A DNA stretch of 64,000 nucleotides from the human T2T-CHM13v2.0 reference genome, Homo sapiens. Shown one piece after another: positions 28,050-40,964 of this stretch. The notes beneath the pieces were generated by a model. The model had not been told where the DNA came from. It saw only the letters and a list, made by a program, of their open reading frames with translations, and ran no database searches. The translations under genes and the position numbers were made by a program. Location of the stretch: assembly GCF_009914755.1 (NCBI RefSeq), contig NC_060928.1; one strand, given 5' to 3'. The stretch's first letter is position 1. The number at the start of each line of letters is the position of its first letter.

Positions 28050-28205
28050 AAAAAAAAGAGTAGTAGTATTCATCCCACAAAATTAGAAAATTAGGCACAA
28101 AGAGTTGAAGTGGCATTATCAGGAGTCTGAACCATTATGGCTAATTGGGAGATCAGAACAGAGTTTAAATTATTATGTTAGAAGGCTCTACAGTCTTCCC
28201 ACTTT
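28050..28205 (-). mobile_element. MIR
   Basis: gaaaattaggcacaaagagttgaagtggc resembles the MIR core. Confidence 0.45.
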
Positions 28206-28299
28206 ATCACTTCCCAGCCTTATTTCCCAGAAAATAAATCTGATTTTCTAGAAATATGATTTTAGTCATACCTGAGAGAATATAAACTTTTCAACACAT

Positions 28300-28760
28300 C
28301 ATTTTACACACAAATTCCACTTTTAAGATGCTGTCCTAAAGAATTAGTTGTATAGGGGCAAAAATGTATGCACAAGATGTTCAATGCATCATTATTTATA
28401 ATTAACAACTGCAAACAATCTAAATGTCCAAAAACAGGGGGGCTTTGAGGTTCTTTGATTAAATATTATAAATTCTAAATATATATCTGAGGAATTTTTA
28501 ATGCTAAGAGAAATAATCATGATATAATGTTTATGAAAGAAAAACAAAGCAAAACACTTAAGGATCTCAACAATGCTACATATGTAAATATCCAGAGGAA
28601 AAAGGACTAGAAAAAAAATACAACAGAATGCTGACAGTATTTACCTGGATGTCTGGGAATAAAAGGTAATTCTAATTTTCTTTTTTAAAATATGTATGGA
28701 TTTTCCAAGTTTTCCACAATGAGCATAATTTACTTTTATAATCAGAAAAAAAGAAAATAA
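28300..28760 (+). mobile_element. L1ME 3' end
   Basis: tgcacaagatgttcaatgcatcattatttata, aacaatctaaatgtcca, and tail ttttccacaatgagcataattacttttataatcagaaaaa. Confidence 0.75.
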
Positions 28761-30194
28761 AACATTGAAGTTCCTCAGTAGGTATATCAGTCCCCACATT
28801 TTATAGGTCTCTTGCAAATTACCTCAACAGAGCACCCAATATTAAGCAATCTAAATGCTTTCTAAAATGTATCACAGCAATGTAGTCACTCAGTGCCTGC
28901 CCTGACTGTATGAACTGTGTCTCATTATGGATCTGATGTAGTGGCCGATTAATTTTTAAGACCCAATACCTGATGGATCTTGATGGGCCGGAGTGCCTTT
29001 CCTAGAATAATTTCATTTCCCAACAAAGCACCAAGAAGTTTATTTATTCAGCATAGACTGGGTGCAGTCATGACTGAACAGAGTGGCAAAGAGGGAGACA
29101 GCAGTTGCAAGACTACCTTCAAACTCTCTAACTTGAACAAAATAATGTTGGGCTTCACCACAGCAATTAAGAACAACTTCTCAGGCTAATGGACTAGACA
29201 CATATCAACTCATTTCAGCCTTCGCAAAGGTCATGAAAAGAAAACTTTTTAACCATCAGACATTTAAAAAGATAAAAGCCAAGACTGGGATGCCTGTGCC
29301 CCTGTGTCATCCCTTGTAACACATTTTCTATTGTTCCAAGCCAGTAATAAAACTGAAAAGGGCCATGCTGTTGACTATTAATATGATCAAAACACAAAGT
29401 GCCTACACAGAGAATGTACACGTATAAGGAGCATGATTCTTTTCACAAATAATATGACTTTAATTTTCCAGCTTCCATCATTATGGTTATATGGAACAGG
29501 CATTTTTAAAGTAATTTCTTGCTCAGTACTCTATAGTTGAAATCTGTTAAATACTTGAGCATATCAACTATGTGGCTGAGAAACTTTTAGAGAGACTAGG
29601 ATAGAGGAAAAGGAAGCTAAGAAGAGAAAAAAAAAATCCGAGTCCTCTGTGTCAGGTCAACAGTCCTCTGTGTCAGGTCAACAGCGCTTCTCCCCAGGAT
29701 CTCTTAGGGAAGAAACCCTCAGTTAGCTACACTTACCCAGAAGGAAGCCATGTTGATTTTATGCCTATACAGATCCTGCTCCTGAATTCTCTTTAAAAGA
29801 AACAAAGAATCAGAAGTTACTCTGAAGATTTACTACTGATTCCCACATAATCTCATCACTTCAACAATCTCTGTGAAAACGTTTGTTTTTAAAATATTAT
29901 TTTATTGAATAAAAGACTTTCCCCCAACTTTTATTAATAAAAGTTATATTCAAATCCAGTCCATAATAAAGTCCTGCGAGTCTGTCTGCTTCCTAGCCTC
30001 CCTGTTCATTCACTTTGAAGCACAGGACTAATAAATGGTTAAATCAACAGAAGCTGAGAATAAACAAACAAAATAATAAGATTCTTAGATAATCACAAAG
30101 ATGAACAATTGCTGAAACATGTCAAGTTAATAATATAGTTGATTATTCTGGTTAAGAATAATCAGAAGAATGAGTTCTCTTTATTTTGGTTGTT

Positions 30195-30690
30195 ATGCTA
30201 TTTTCTCATTTTAAAAAAGTAATACAAGGCAGAATAAGTTACAAAACAAAGAAAAAAATGAAAATAAAATTTTCCCACATGCTACAAAGAAATAAGCATT
30301 ATTAAGAGTCAGTAATTTCTTTTAGCTTTTTATGTATAAAATAACTTCAAAAGCATATATGTATTTCATCATATGTATATTTTGTAATTCATTTAATCAC
30401 TCTTAATTGTTGGACACATAGAGGGGATTTTATTTTTCACTATTATTACCTCTGCAATAAAAAATCCTCGAATATAATTCTTTCTGCATGTTTGTGATTT
30501 TTTCTCTTTACAGTAAATTCAAAACAGTAAAATTATTGAGTTCAAAGAGTATGAGACTTTTAAGCCTTTTAAAATATATTGCTGAATTGTCCTCCATAAA
30601 TTTTGTTGCAATTTACACTCCCAAGAGCAACGTTCATGAAAATGTCTTTCAAAATAGTCCTGCTAATCTTCTATTTGTTTTAAAACAATA
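30195..30690 (-). mobile_element. L1ME fragment
   Basis: ttgttggacacat, aaattattgagttcaaagagtatg and caatttacactcccaagagcaa match the reverse-complement L1 3' region. Confidence 0.6.
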
Positions 30691-33600
30691 GGTTAGCTAT
30701 GGAGGAAGGTACAATAAAAGCTGAAACAGCAACCTATCTATTTAGAAATTATTTATGTCTTCTCATACACTGGAAGAGAGTGTGTATATTTATAGTGAGA
30801 ACAATATTCACTTCAAATGACTGCATCATATAAGGCTTTTGAAAAGCATCACTGGCCACACACATTGACTTATTTCTATTCAAAGTACAAGGAAATGCAC
30901 TTTGGATTTGTTCCATCTCCAGGCTGTGAATTTTAAAACCCTATTATTTGCACTATTCTGAATGATTTCAGAGATCTAACCTGGTAGAGGCATTAACAAA
31001 ATCTGTCTTTATTGCACCATATACATAGAGTGAATTTAACCAACTTAGAGAAGGTAAGATTAAAGGGAGTGAAGAACAGGCTCACCAGTGAGGGTGATAT
31101 AATACAATAATGTTCCTCACAGCAAACCTCCTGTGTGTCAAAAAGCGTAAAAGAATTAGTGGAGACCAAGATGGCAGGGTTTTATTTCACAGCACAGGGA
31201 ATATAGACAGAATAACAAAGGAGAGACCAATAAAAAGAAAGGAAGGGCAAATAAACTAGGTTACATCCATGTAACTTCCCAACTTTGCCAAGCCAGGAAG
31301 AATAGGTGAGCTTTCCATCGGTGAGTTTCCAAATCTGAAATATCCCCAAAGTTACACTCTTGTTCCAGTGCCTCTCGGGAAGATGTTAGGTAGAGCTGAG
31401 CCGTGACTACTGAGGGAGCGTGGTGACTCTCTGTTGTAACCTACTCAGTCTCCCCAGAAGGTTTAGCAGCAGCCTCAAGATGCGCAACATGTACATGATC
31501 ACTCCCACCATCTAAGTCATCAATGTTGCCCCCAGGTGACATCTCAGAGTCATTCCCTAAATCACAAAGCTAACCGGATGAATCACAGATTTGTAACTGC
31601 AATGAACAAGGACTCTTCAGTACCTCTGAAGATCAAATACCTTTGAGGGGATTTATGTACATGATTTTCTTATCCTGCACACATATATGAATTGTCCTTA
31701 CTGAATCAAAGGCACTGAAATGATAAACAAAACACTCAGATTTGTTTGGGGCCCCTGGCCAGCAATAAAAATGCTCCAAACTGAGATACTCTGTTTACCA
31801 ATCGACATATTATGAAACCTACACAAGAACTTTTCTAAAACTTCTGAAGTTTGTTTAAAACCTTTTAGTTGGATATTTCTGAGAGACTACAAAGAATTAC
31901 TACATATGTATCAAAATCATAAAGACCATCGCAGTCTGAAACAGAAAACAATAGAAAAGTCTTATCCTGGGATTCAGGGGATGAAATAAAAAACAAGAAC
32001 CCCTTGCACTAGCATCTGTCTGTCTCAATCTCTGTCTTTTTTTCCTCCCTCCTCTTGGTCTGCCTGATCCTCTAACTCAAAGCTAATGTTCCCTCTTTAG
32101 AGGGAAATTCACCCATGTTCTGTAGATGCTATACTGCCAACAAAATCATACATGTGAGGAAGGTGTTACCGAAACTCAACCCCAAACCCAAATCTTACAA
32201 GAGATTCAAGTTGGCCTTAAAATTAAGCAAATGTGTGAAGCCATAAAATTGGCTCTTAATTGCAGTCTTTCCAAAGAGAGTTATTTTCTAACAAAGTTTC
32301 CCAACTCAAAATTCAGCTATATTCCTAGTATATTCTTTTAGTGAACTATCATTCTAATGTATTTTAATAGAGAACAGTAACTCTTTAGTTCAGCAATGGA
32401 ATTTTTTTTTTAGTTACAAATCCTATTACTCAAAAATTAAGTTGTAAGACAGGATACTTGTTGAGTCACTTTTAAAGTGATTCCTGTATCAGAAGATTTC
32501 ACAAAAGCAAACCTCCTCCCAACTAGTCTTTGATTAAATTCTGAGAGTGATCATAGCAAAACAGTTTGTTCTAAACAGTAGTGATTCTTGTTTGAAATTA
32601 GATATTTAAACCTCAAAGAATAAACCATAACTCATACCACTGCCACGGTGGTTGTCACACCTTTATTGGCCAAGTAATGGAGCCAATTAAAAAAGTGACA
32701 TTTTGGCTCCATTATTCAAATGTTTCTGCTGCCCTGAGAACATCATTCCATCTTAAGAGTCTATTGTATTGACTACAATATTTGTACTCAATCATTGTCA
32801 TTTTGGTAAATTTCCTCCATCTTCCTGGCAGGATTCATTTAGAAGGACCCTGATATTTTCATTCTTAAAGCCACCTTTTACAATATTGAGATAAAATGTA
32901 CACATTTTCCTAAAGCTTTCATTCTAAAGATTCCAGATTTTCTAGTGAAAGATACTGTTTAAAGAAACCAAGTAGCTTATATTTTCCCCATAAATGGCAA
33001 GTCATTGAGTCGCAGTAAATAAATCATATGGAATCTAGTTTCATAAGCAAAACTGATTTTAACTCAGTTCTTGAACTATGCCTGAAAATAAAGTGTACTA
33101 TTTAAAGAGAACTTGTGAAATTCCAGGAATGTTACATATTAGTAAACAATTCAGAACTACATGTGTAAAGAGGCAATTAACTTGCTGAATAAATGAAAAA
33201 CAGATTTTCCTTCAGTTACTTTTCTCTACAAAGTAACTCTGGGTGATCATACCCAAATTCAGAAAAACACTAGCAGTTCTGTCTTAAATGTACTGTTCTA
33301 AGTGGGGTCCCACTCTTTAATCCTTGCCTCTTACATACCCTCCAACATCTGGCCAATGAGCCTGGACTGCACAGGCACCGTGATGAAGAAAAGCAGGTGG
33401 GGACTAACAGAATGATGGGGCTGTTGCAGAGCAACCTCAACATGGCTCCAGCTTCCCTCCCTTGGTCATCTTCCCTTTCCAACTGAGGTGATCCTTGTTA
33501 GGCCTGAGGTCTTAAGAGGAAACAATTAGAACAAGAAACTTCCCTTCACTTCAAGGAACTCTGATAAAATGGGCCCAAAGGAGCCCTCAAAGCATGAGCC

Positions 33601-33949
33601 TTTCCCATACTAGTAATTCTGGAAATTCCTTCTAAGAGAAAAGGAGGCATTGTCTCCACAAAGCCAGGTCAAAATGGCCAGCACATTCTTCCTTTTATGA
33701 ATCTCTGCTATCTTCTCTGCTAATCTCACTGCAGCACTTCATAGGCTGTTATTCTGACGGGGAAAACTAACAATACTTAAGGGCAATGAAAGGTCCCTGT
33801 TCAAGGAATTACAAGGAAGCAGAGCCTTGATCTCATATAGTAAATCAGCTCAACTAAATTCTACAGTTAATTAACAGATTTTCAATTCCCAGTCCTCTGG
33901 TCATCTCCTCAAATCCCTTCACCTAAGCCCCTTCATACATCCATCACAG

Positions 33950-34690
33950 AATGTTAAGGACTTGGGCTTGAGTCAAGAAATCAGTATCCAATCCCAGTTC
34001 CATCACTTACTTAAAACCTGTTGTATTAACCATGTTTTTTTTTTAATTTTCAGTATTCTGATGCTTTGACATGTAGGGCCCCACTGATCCTGGACAGCCT
34101 GTCCCTCCCAGAGCTAGCTATTCAGAGATGGTAAATGTGGGAGCTTGCTTTTCAAATGCAAACCAACCAATCTAGAGCCCATACACCCAACCATCTCCTT
34201 AACTGGGCTCTCACACTCCCACTGCCCTAATCACCCCAGACAACTAGGGACAGTCCCCGTACCCAAGAGTCCATGAAATCATTCAAACCAGCCAATCCTA
34301 AGCCTGTTTACCCTGCCTTCCTTCCCATGGAAACTATAATACTGGCCCTTGCTCATAGTTTCTTCTCTCCCTCTGCCTCCTAACTGGATGTAGTGCTTCC
34401 CCATGTAACCCCCCATGGTGTGGCGTGCCACTTCTCTTGGAATCTATGAGTATAGCAAACTATCTTTTCAATAGCAGTCACCTCCTGGTGTGTTGCTTTA
34501 TCATGCCTAAATAATAATAAAACCTATGTTGAAACAGCTGTGTGACCTTGGAAATGGGGCAGAACTTCTGCCTTCATGTCTTCCTCAGGAAAAAGAGGAC
34601 AATATTTCCTGTCTAATAGGGCTCCTGTGAAGATCAACTACAATAATATATGGCATGTACTTAGTATATAGTAAGTGCTCAATAAATACT
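33950..34690 (+). mobile_element. MIR split by an LTR insertion
   Basis: aatcccagttccatcacttact precedes the LTR, and gctgtgtgaccttgg..tagtaagtgctcaataaata follows it. Confidence 0.7.
34019..34536 (+). mobile_element. MER74-like ERVL solo LTR
   Basis: TG..CA ends, with tgttgtattaaccatg..tattctgatgctttgacat and aaaccagccaatcctaagcctg. Confidence 0.75.
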
Positions 34691-34958
34691 GATGCCCCAA
34701 GTTAACAGACAAGGAAAGCAGGATTTTGAGATAATTCATTCAAAGCTATATAGCTAGGAAATTATAAGATCTAATGATATCCAGATAAGTCTGGCTGCAA
34801 ATCCCTTTGCTTTTATATCATACTACCTCTCCCCTGTTAAACCTAGGCCCTCTACTATTGCACTTTGAACCTCTAATATAGTAGTTAACACTTATTGCCT
34901 CATTTTACAGTCATGTACAAGTACACCAGGAGGACAGCATGTGCTTTATAAACTGAAA

Positions 34959-35255
34959 GGCCGGGCATGGTGGCTCACACCTGTAATCCCAGCATTTTGG
35001 GAGGCCAAGGCGGGCAGATCACCTGAGGTCAGGAGTTTGAGACCAGCCTGACCAACACAGTGAAACCTTGTCTGTACTAAAAATACAAAAATTAGCCAGG
35101 CATGGTGGCTGATGCCTGAAGTCCCAGCGACTCAGGAGGCTGAGCCAGGAGAATCACTTGAACCCAGGAGGTGGAGGTTACAGTGAGCCAAGATTGTGCC
35201 ACCGTACTCCAGCCTGGGTGACACAGTGAGACTCTGACTCAAAATAAATAAATAA
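34959..35255 (+). mobile_element. AluSx
   Basis: gatcacctgaggtcaggag and a (TAAA)n tail. TSD ataaactgaaa at 34948-34958 and 35256-35266. Confidence 0.95.
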
Positions 35256-35261
35256 ATAAAC

Positions 35262-35440
35262 TGAAAGAGAGAAAGAGAGAGACAGAGGGTTACAAGGAAA
35301 GAGGGAGGGAGACAGAAAGAAAGAAAGGAAGGAAGCAAAAAGGAAGAAAGAAGGGAAGGAATGGGAGAGAGGGAATACAGGAAGAAAGGAAGGAAACAGG
35401 AAGAAAGGAAGGACAAAAGAAGAAAGGAAAAAGAGACAGA
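35262..35440 (+). repeat. GA-rich polypurine low-complexity tract
   Basis: gaaa, ggaa and gaga runs. Confidence 0.85.
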
Positions 35441-35999
35441 CTTCTCTCTCTCAGAAACACCAATTATTTGTTTCCTGGTTACTTTCTTTCTTGCTGGGTC
35501 CCAAATCTATCCTCAGAGAAAGGAAAAATCACTTTATCTCTAGTTATAAAAATTTCCAACCAAGAAACATTTGCCCAGTTACAGGAATTTTTCTCTATTA
35601 GTCTATCTTTTTTATGGACCCCAAATTTCTAATTAACAACTTCTGCCAAGCTTCCTCCTCGCCTAATCTCTAACTGGCAAATATTTTTTTTAAAGCTGCT
35701 CTCTGCGAACACTCGAGGTCAATTCTGAATTCTCCATGCCTCCAAATCCTTGCAAATATTCTTTGATTATCACTTCTCTTTCTTCTTTCCTTCACTCCTC
35801 TTTCTGCTGAGTCACATATCTGGGCTTCTTAGCTTCAAGTGGCCCAGAGATGTCAAGTTAATATTTTATAGCTTCCCTATCTTCACAGAACAAACATTAG
35901 CTATATAAAGCTCTGATCACTCTTGACCCAAACTGGAAAGAAGTATTCTCAAAACCACCTATAACTTCAACTGGGGATTTTTTTTTTTTAAACTTGCCG

Positions 36000-36290
36000 C
36001 AGAAGTTGCCAACTTAAATGCCTCCAGGAGGAGCAGGAAGCTCCTGTTAATGAGTGAGAACTGTCAGAGTCTGGAGAGCACATGGTCTCTGAGCAGCTAC
36101 TCTGCTCCAACTGGTAGCTTCATGCCGAGAGAGTCCATGTGGCCAGATCACCCACATTTTCAAGGAAAGCTTTAAAATCTGTACTTTTATGTGAAGAAAC
36201 TCTCTACATTTAAAAGTTGCCAACTAATTCAATTTAGGCCAAATGAAAATGATTCTTTTAGTTTTAGTATGAAGGTCTCCACATTAAGGC
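36000..36290 (+). mobile_element. MER102-like hAT-Charlie element
   Basis: aacttaaatgcctccagg, gtggccagatc..ttttcaag, tttatgtgaa and gttgccaactaattcaattt. Confidence 0.7.
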
Positions 36291-37338
36291 TTTCTCCTAA
36301 GACATTTTAGAAGTATTTTTCAAATGTGTGGCTAGAGAGCACAGCATTTTTTCTAAGAAAGAATGACATGGAAGACAGTTCATTTTATTGGAAGGTAATG
36401 GAATGTTTAATGCCATAAAATCTTACAATCTGGGTGAAGTGAGTTATATTAAATGGGGAGAAAGAAGTTACAAATGTTGGTTTTTTGCCTTCTTAAACAT
36501 CTCCCCTCCATCCACTTCTGTTTGCTCTCACTGCCACCAGCCTCATGTGGGCTACGGATATTTTTTACCTGAAGAGTGACCTACCCCTACCACATAGGTG
36601 CATGGGGCAACACGTACAGTACTCTGTTTTATGTTTTACATAAAATTAACAGATAATTTTAGTCATATACATCATGAGTACAATATAATTTCACTAAGCA
36701 CATGTATATTTTTGTCCTTTATGCTGATATTAATTAATTTTGGAACTGAAATTGAAGATTCTGATTGTTTTGGATTAAAAATAATCCTTAAAATTTTCTC
36801 CATTTTTTCTCTCAAAATGCATACTACATACATACATAAATAGGAAACACAGGAAGTCAATTGGCCAAAATTAAATTTAAAAAAACAAAGTTTATTTTCA
36901 ATCACTTAGATCAGTATAGATCTTCTAAGGTCAGACTTAGCACATCACAGTTTCCCATGATTCATGGGGGAAGCCAAATCTTGGCAGGGATTTTATGAAC
37001 ATTGCTAAAGTATTAGGCCTAGGATTTGATATCTCCTTTCAATTAGCAAGAAAATACTTTTTAGATTTTTAATCAAACTTTATCCTGCTAATGGCAGAAA
37101 TGTTCTTAAGTAAGTATTTCATTATTCTTAGTAATACCATGGTTTCTCTGAATGGAACAATCTCTAAATCTGTTATAGCATTAGAGACAAGGGCCAAATC
37201 CTGCTAAACTTAAATTTTACAATATTTTACATTCAGGTAAGAAGGATTTTCTAAATTTTAATTCATTTCTACTGCCCTGTCCAACTTATTGAAGGAATGA
37301 GAGCAAAGGCATATTTTTGATATGATAATTCAATATAT

Positions 37339-37699
37339 TGCTATAGTTTGAATGTTTGTCGCCACCAAAACTCATGTTGAATTTCAATTGTCATTGTGAT
37401 GGTATTGGGAGGTGGGATCTCTTAGAGGCAGAGCTCTCATGAATCAACTAGTACCATTACTGCAGGAGTGGGTTTGTTACTGCAGGAATGGTTTTGCCCA
37501 TGCTTGCTTTCTCTCACTTGGTTTCTCTCACAACATGATGCCTTCCACCATGTTATGATGAAGCAAGAAGGTCCTCCCCAGATGCCAGCACTTTGATATT
37601 GGATCTCTCAGCCTTCATAACTATGAGACAATAAATTTCTGTTCATTATAAATTACCCAGTCTGATATTCTGTTATAGCAGCACAAACAGACTAAGACA
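37339..37699 (+). mobile_element. MST (MSTC/D-like) MaLR solo LTR
   Basis: Runs tgctatagtttgaatg..gactaagaca. 5-bp TSD tatat at 37334-37338 and 37700-37704. Confidence 0.9.
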
Positions 37700-38128
37700 T
37701 ATATCTATGTTTTAGTCTCTATTAGCCCTTGAAAAACAACCTCCACAAATTCATTAATCATGGATAAATTTCCTTGAGTTTTTATCTTTTAAAACTAGAA
37801 AGCCCTAATGTTATATCATATGCATATTCTCTATGGCCATTATGATTTCTTAACAGATAGAAATAAGAACTGCATAAAATAGTACAGAGGTTGGTTAACT
37901 TCATTTTTGAAAATTGAATAAAAATGTTCAGTTTGTTGTCAGTAGTATTCTACATATTATTAATCATTATGGCCAGAGCACATACTTCCTAGGAACTAAA
38001 TTTCTCTCACTATTTAAAGAATCAGCTGGGGAAAAAAAAACTAATCTTAGGGACTATAACATATGAATATGTGTTCAAGTGAATATCTATTGGAGCTTGT
38101 TATATAACCTACATGATAAAATCTTGGA

Positions 38129-40964
38129 GAGATGATATCAGCAAAAATGGCAGAGTAAGGACTTAAAAAAATTCTCTCTTCCATAAAAGCAATGAGAAAA
38201 CTGGCAAAAATGATCAGAATCAACTTGCTCAGAACTCTAGAAATTAGCTAAAGGTTTGCAGAAACCTGGGGAGCATTTATTTGGAAAAAAAAAATGAAAA
38301 AATTTGAATCTTGGTAAAGAGCAAGCTTTGTAGCATTTTAACTTGTCTTATCCAATCCTCTCCTCCACAGCTCTGAAGTAGCTTTGAAAGCCAACAGCCT
38401 GCAATCACAGTGAAAACCAGTAGGCTGACAGCTGCCAGAGAGGGAAAAATAGTGTTGAAGCTTCTTTAAAGGCTCATTTTCAAAGCACTGTCATTATTTT
38501 GCCTGTCTTATGGTCCCTGGAAGACCCCATACCCACAGCTGTCTGTTTTTTACTTGGCCCAGAACTCATCCAGTTTCCCCAGGAGCATTTTCCAAAAACA
38601 ATTAGAGGCAATTGAATAACTTTCTGGCTGTATGAGGCAATGGACAACAGTTGGGGCAAACAGTAGGCTAACCAAAATGCTTAAAAGTAAAGCCTGGGGA
38701 AGTAGATACCCACAAAGGTATTGAAAAGCTCCAACATATTTCTTGGAATCCAGAAGGTAACATGATGCACAGAGTTGTGCACATGCCCATGTCTGTGCAC
38801 ACAGTCAGAAGAGACCTGAGAAAGACCTGAGCTGTCACTGTGGGCTGACTTGGAGGCTCTGCACAAGTAAGAAGGCCTTGCTGAGGGTTGAAGGTATGCC
38901 CCAATATATACACAAGGCCCTTCCCCAAGATAGGAAAACACTTATTTCAAGTGTTTAAGAAAATATCTATCCAATCCTTTAACTGACCATTAAGCTAACA
39001 AACTAATCAAGCAGAGACTTCAGTTGCCACATATAATAAAGAATACAGATTTTGTAGAATTCTTTCAGAAAAAACACTAAGTAACAACAACATTCCCTCC
39101 TCCTTGGGGAGGGTGTAATCTGATTTTCAGATTTGCCACATCATATTATTTTAAATATTCAGTTTTCAAAAAAAAAATTACTAGACATGAAAAAAAAGAA
39201 AGTATGCTCCATACACAGGGAAAAAAGCAAACAATAGAAATGTCTCTGAGGAAAATCAAACATTGTACTTTTAGACAAAAGACTGTAAATAATCTATGTT
39301 AAGTGTGTTCAAAGAATGAAACACAACAATACCTAAATAATGATATCTCATCAAAATGTAAAATATCAATAAATAGATAAAAAATTACTTCATACACAGA
39401 AATTCTGGAATTGAGAATATAACAACTGAAATGAAACATTTACTAGCATGGCTCAGCAGTAAATGTGACCATGGCGATGAAAGAATCAACAAACCTGAAG
39501 GAATGTCAATGGAGATTATTCAATATGAAGAACAGAAAGAAAAAAAAAAGGAAAAATGAACAGACTCCTAGTTTGTGTTTATCTGGTGATATCTTAATAT
39601 TCCCAGATAAAGTGTACCAACTTCAGTGTAATGGGAGTACAAGAAAAAGGAGAGAAAGCAAAAGGTGCAAAAATACTATTTGGAAAAAAAAAAAAAGCCA
39701 AAGCTCAAAATTGATTTAAAAATAATCTACATATCCAAGAAGTTTAATGAAACCCAAGCAGGATAAATTCAAAGAGACCCACATCAAGACATATTATAAT
39801 CAAAGTGTTGACAAAGATGAAGAAAGAACCTTGAAAACAGCGACAGCAAAGTGACTCATTACATACAAGTAAACCTCAATAAGATTAACAGCCAATTTCT
39901 CATTACAAACCATGGAAGCTAGAAACAGATGACATGTCTAAAGTGCTGAAAAAATATTGTCATCAAAAATTCTATATCCAGAAAATCTATCCTTCAAAAC
40001 TTAAGGTGGAGAGACTAAGATACCCCCAGAAAAACACAAACTAAGAGCATCTATCACTTAGAAGCCTGTGCTATAAAAAATACTAGAGTCCTTGGAGTAA
40101 CTCAAATCTAATGAAGAAAGAAAGAGCACTAGTAAAGGTTATTACATAAATAAATATATGCATTTACCTCATAAATATCTGTATATTTTGTTTGTAACTG
40201 TTTTCTACTATCTGATTTAAAAGAAAATTGCATTTTAAAAAATCAAAAAGAAAAATTTTATAAAGCAGTAAATCTGTATAGAGGGGCACACACTGTATAA
40301 AAATATAATTTATATGAAAATAACAGCAGAAAGACAGTGAAAAATCAAAGCCGTATAAGAGCAAAATTGTTATATACTATTGTAATTAGATTGGTATTAA
40401 TCCAAACTAGGTTGCTATAAGTGAAGATGTTAATTATAACACCAGGCAATAACTAAGAAACTAACAACCAAAAATCAGTAAAATAAATGACAAGGGAATT
40501 AAAATTGCACACTGGAAAATTTTTATTTCAGAAAAAAGGCAGCAATGGAGAAATAGAGGAGCAAAAAAAGGCATACACATGTAGAAAACAAATAGCAAAA
40601 TAGTAGATTTAAGTCCTACTTTATCAGTCCATATAAGGGACTACTATTTAACCATAAGTAATGAAGTTCTGAGTCATGCTACAACATGGATGAACCTTAA
40701 AAACATGATGTTAAGTGAAGGACATCAGATTCAAAAGGTCACATATTTTTATTTGTATGAAATGTCCAGAATAGTCATATCCATAGAGATAGGAAAAAGT
40801 GTGAAGTGACTGTTTATAGATACAGAGTTTGTTCTCGGGGTAATTAAGTGTTTTGGAATTGGATAGTGTCGATGGTTGTACAACATTGTGAACATACTAA
40901 AAACCATCGGATTGTACATTTTAAAAGAGTGAATTATGGTATGTGAGTTATATCTCCACGAAAA
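38129..40964 (+). mobile_element. L1MB-type element with both termini, ORF2 almost wholly deleted
   Basis: 5' gatatcagcaaaaatggcagagtaagg, ORF1 remnants at 39300-40100, L1MB-type 3'UTR at 40630-40964. TSD aaaatc(t/a)tgga at 38118-38128 and 40965-40975. Confidence 0.8.

Noticed and set aside
31440-31556. Minus-strand frame NDSEMSPGGNIDDLDGGSDHVHVAHLEAAAKPSGETE* after a tttag
   Set aside because: Weak pyrimidine tract and an unrecognised peptide. The overlapping CTCF-like (tcacctgggggca) and C/EBP-like (gttgcgcat) motifs are too short to call.
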